Shown here piece by piece: positions 63,501 to 64,000 of a stretch of 64,000 bases of DNA. The stretch spans positions 214,520,001-214,584,000 of the forward strand of contig OZ024743.1 of NCBI GenBank assembly GCA_964016885.1, written 5' to 3'. Position 1 is the stretch's first letter. Each line of letters starts with the position of its first letter. This DNA comes from Eledone cirrhosa (Eukaryota). The position numbers were made by a program, and so were the translations under genes. The notes under the pieces are model-generated. The model was not told where the DNA came from, searched no databases, and saw only the letters and a list, made by a program, of their open reading frames with translations.

Positions 63501-64000
63501 ATTTGATGCTTAATTTTGTTTTATTCATAATACCCATCACTCTCTTACAATTTTATTCCTTTTACAATAAATTATTTGGGGACATAATCTATTGAGGACC
63601 TCAAATACGGTTCACAGAATATTGTTTCTTGGCCCTTATGAGAATAGGCATTTGTAATATTACTTTTAGAGACAATATTTCTTCCTAAGATATCGGATGG
63701 AAAGAAAAAAAAGTCAGTGAAATATCCGGCAATTAGGTCTTAGCCACCCAAATATATTGTACATTTCATTCATACAGATATAGATGCTTATATCCCTGGA
63801 TCCATAGCTTTGTGTTTTCATGCATATATCCGGTTGAATATACGAAATGCGTCCAGTCATATTATCATACACCTAAACATTTACAATGATATATTGTCAC
63901 TGGAGGATAATATAATTAAAAGTTCATGCATACCAATTAGTACTTTCGTTTGATTTCCTGTCAAGCTTGTTAAAGAGGACATTGTTCACCATTCTGTAAG

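Overview
AT-rich, repeat-saturated eukaryotic intergenic/intronic DNA with no recognisable host gene exon. It is most likely from an octopus/cephalopod (inference from recalled octopus-type tRNA-derived SINEs plus the LINE and microsatellite mix). Contents: a frameshifted hAT transposase, RTE LINEs (one near full-length, one with a twin-priming-type 5' inversion), a decayed CR1/Jockey-type LINE whose ORF1 has tandem CCCH fingers, an R4/Dong-type RLE element and a related short non-autonomous family sitting in (TA)n/(TATG)n arrays, two truncated Penelope-like elements (GIY-YIG) with inverted pseudo-LTRs, SINEs, mariner remnants and long (TA)n/(CA)n tracts. The most notable signal is about 20 type I (mostly minimal) hammerhead-ribozyme motifs from roughly a dozen unrelated sequence families, read by eye. 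Almost every long inverted repeat or palindrome carries one, as does one ~315-bp tandem array. Several families share the compensatory U3-A8 core (UUGANAA), and others have a U4C core (CCGANGA). All folds are manual and none has been tested for activity.
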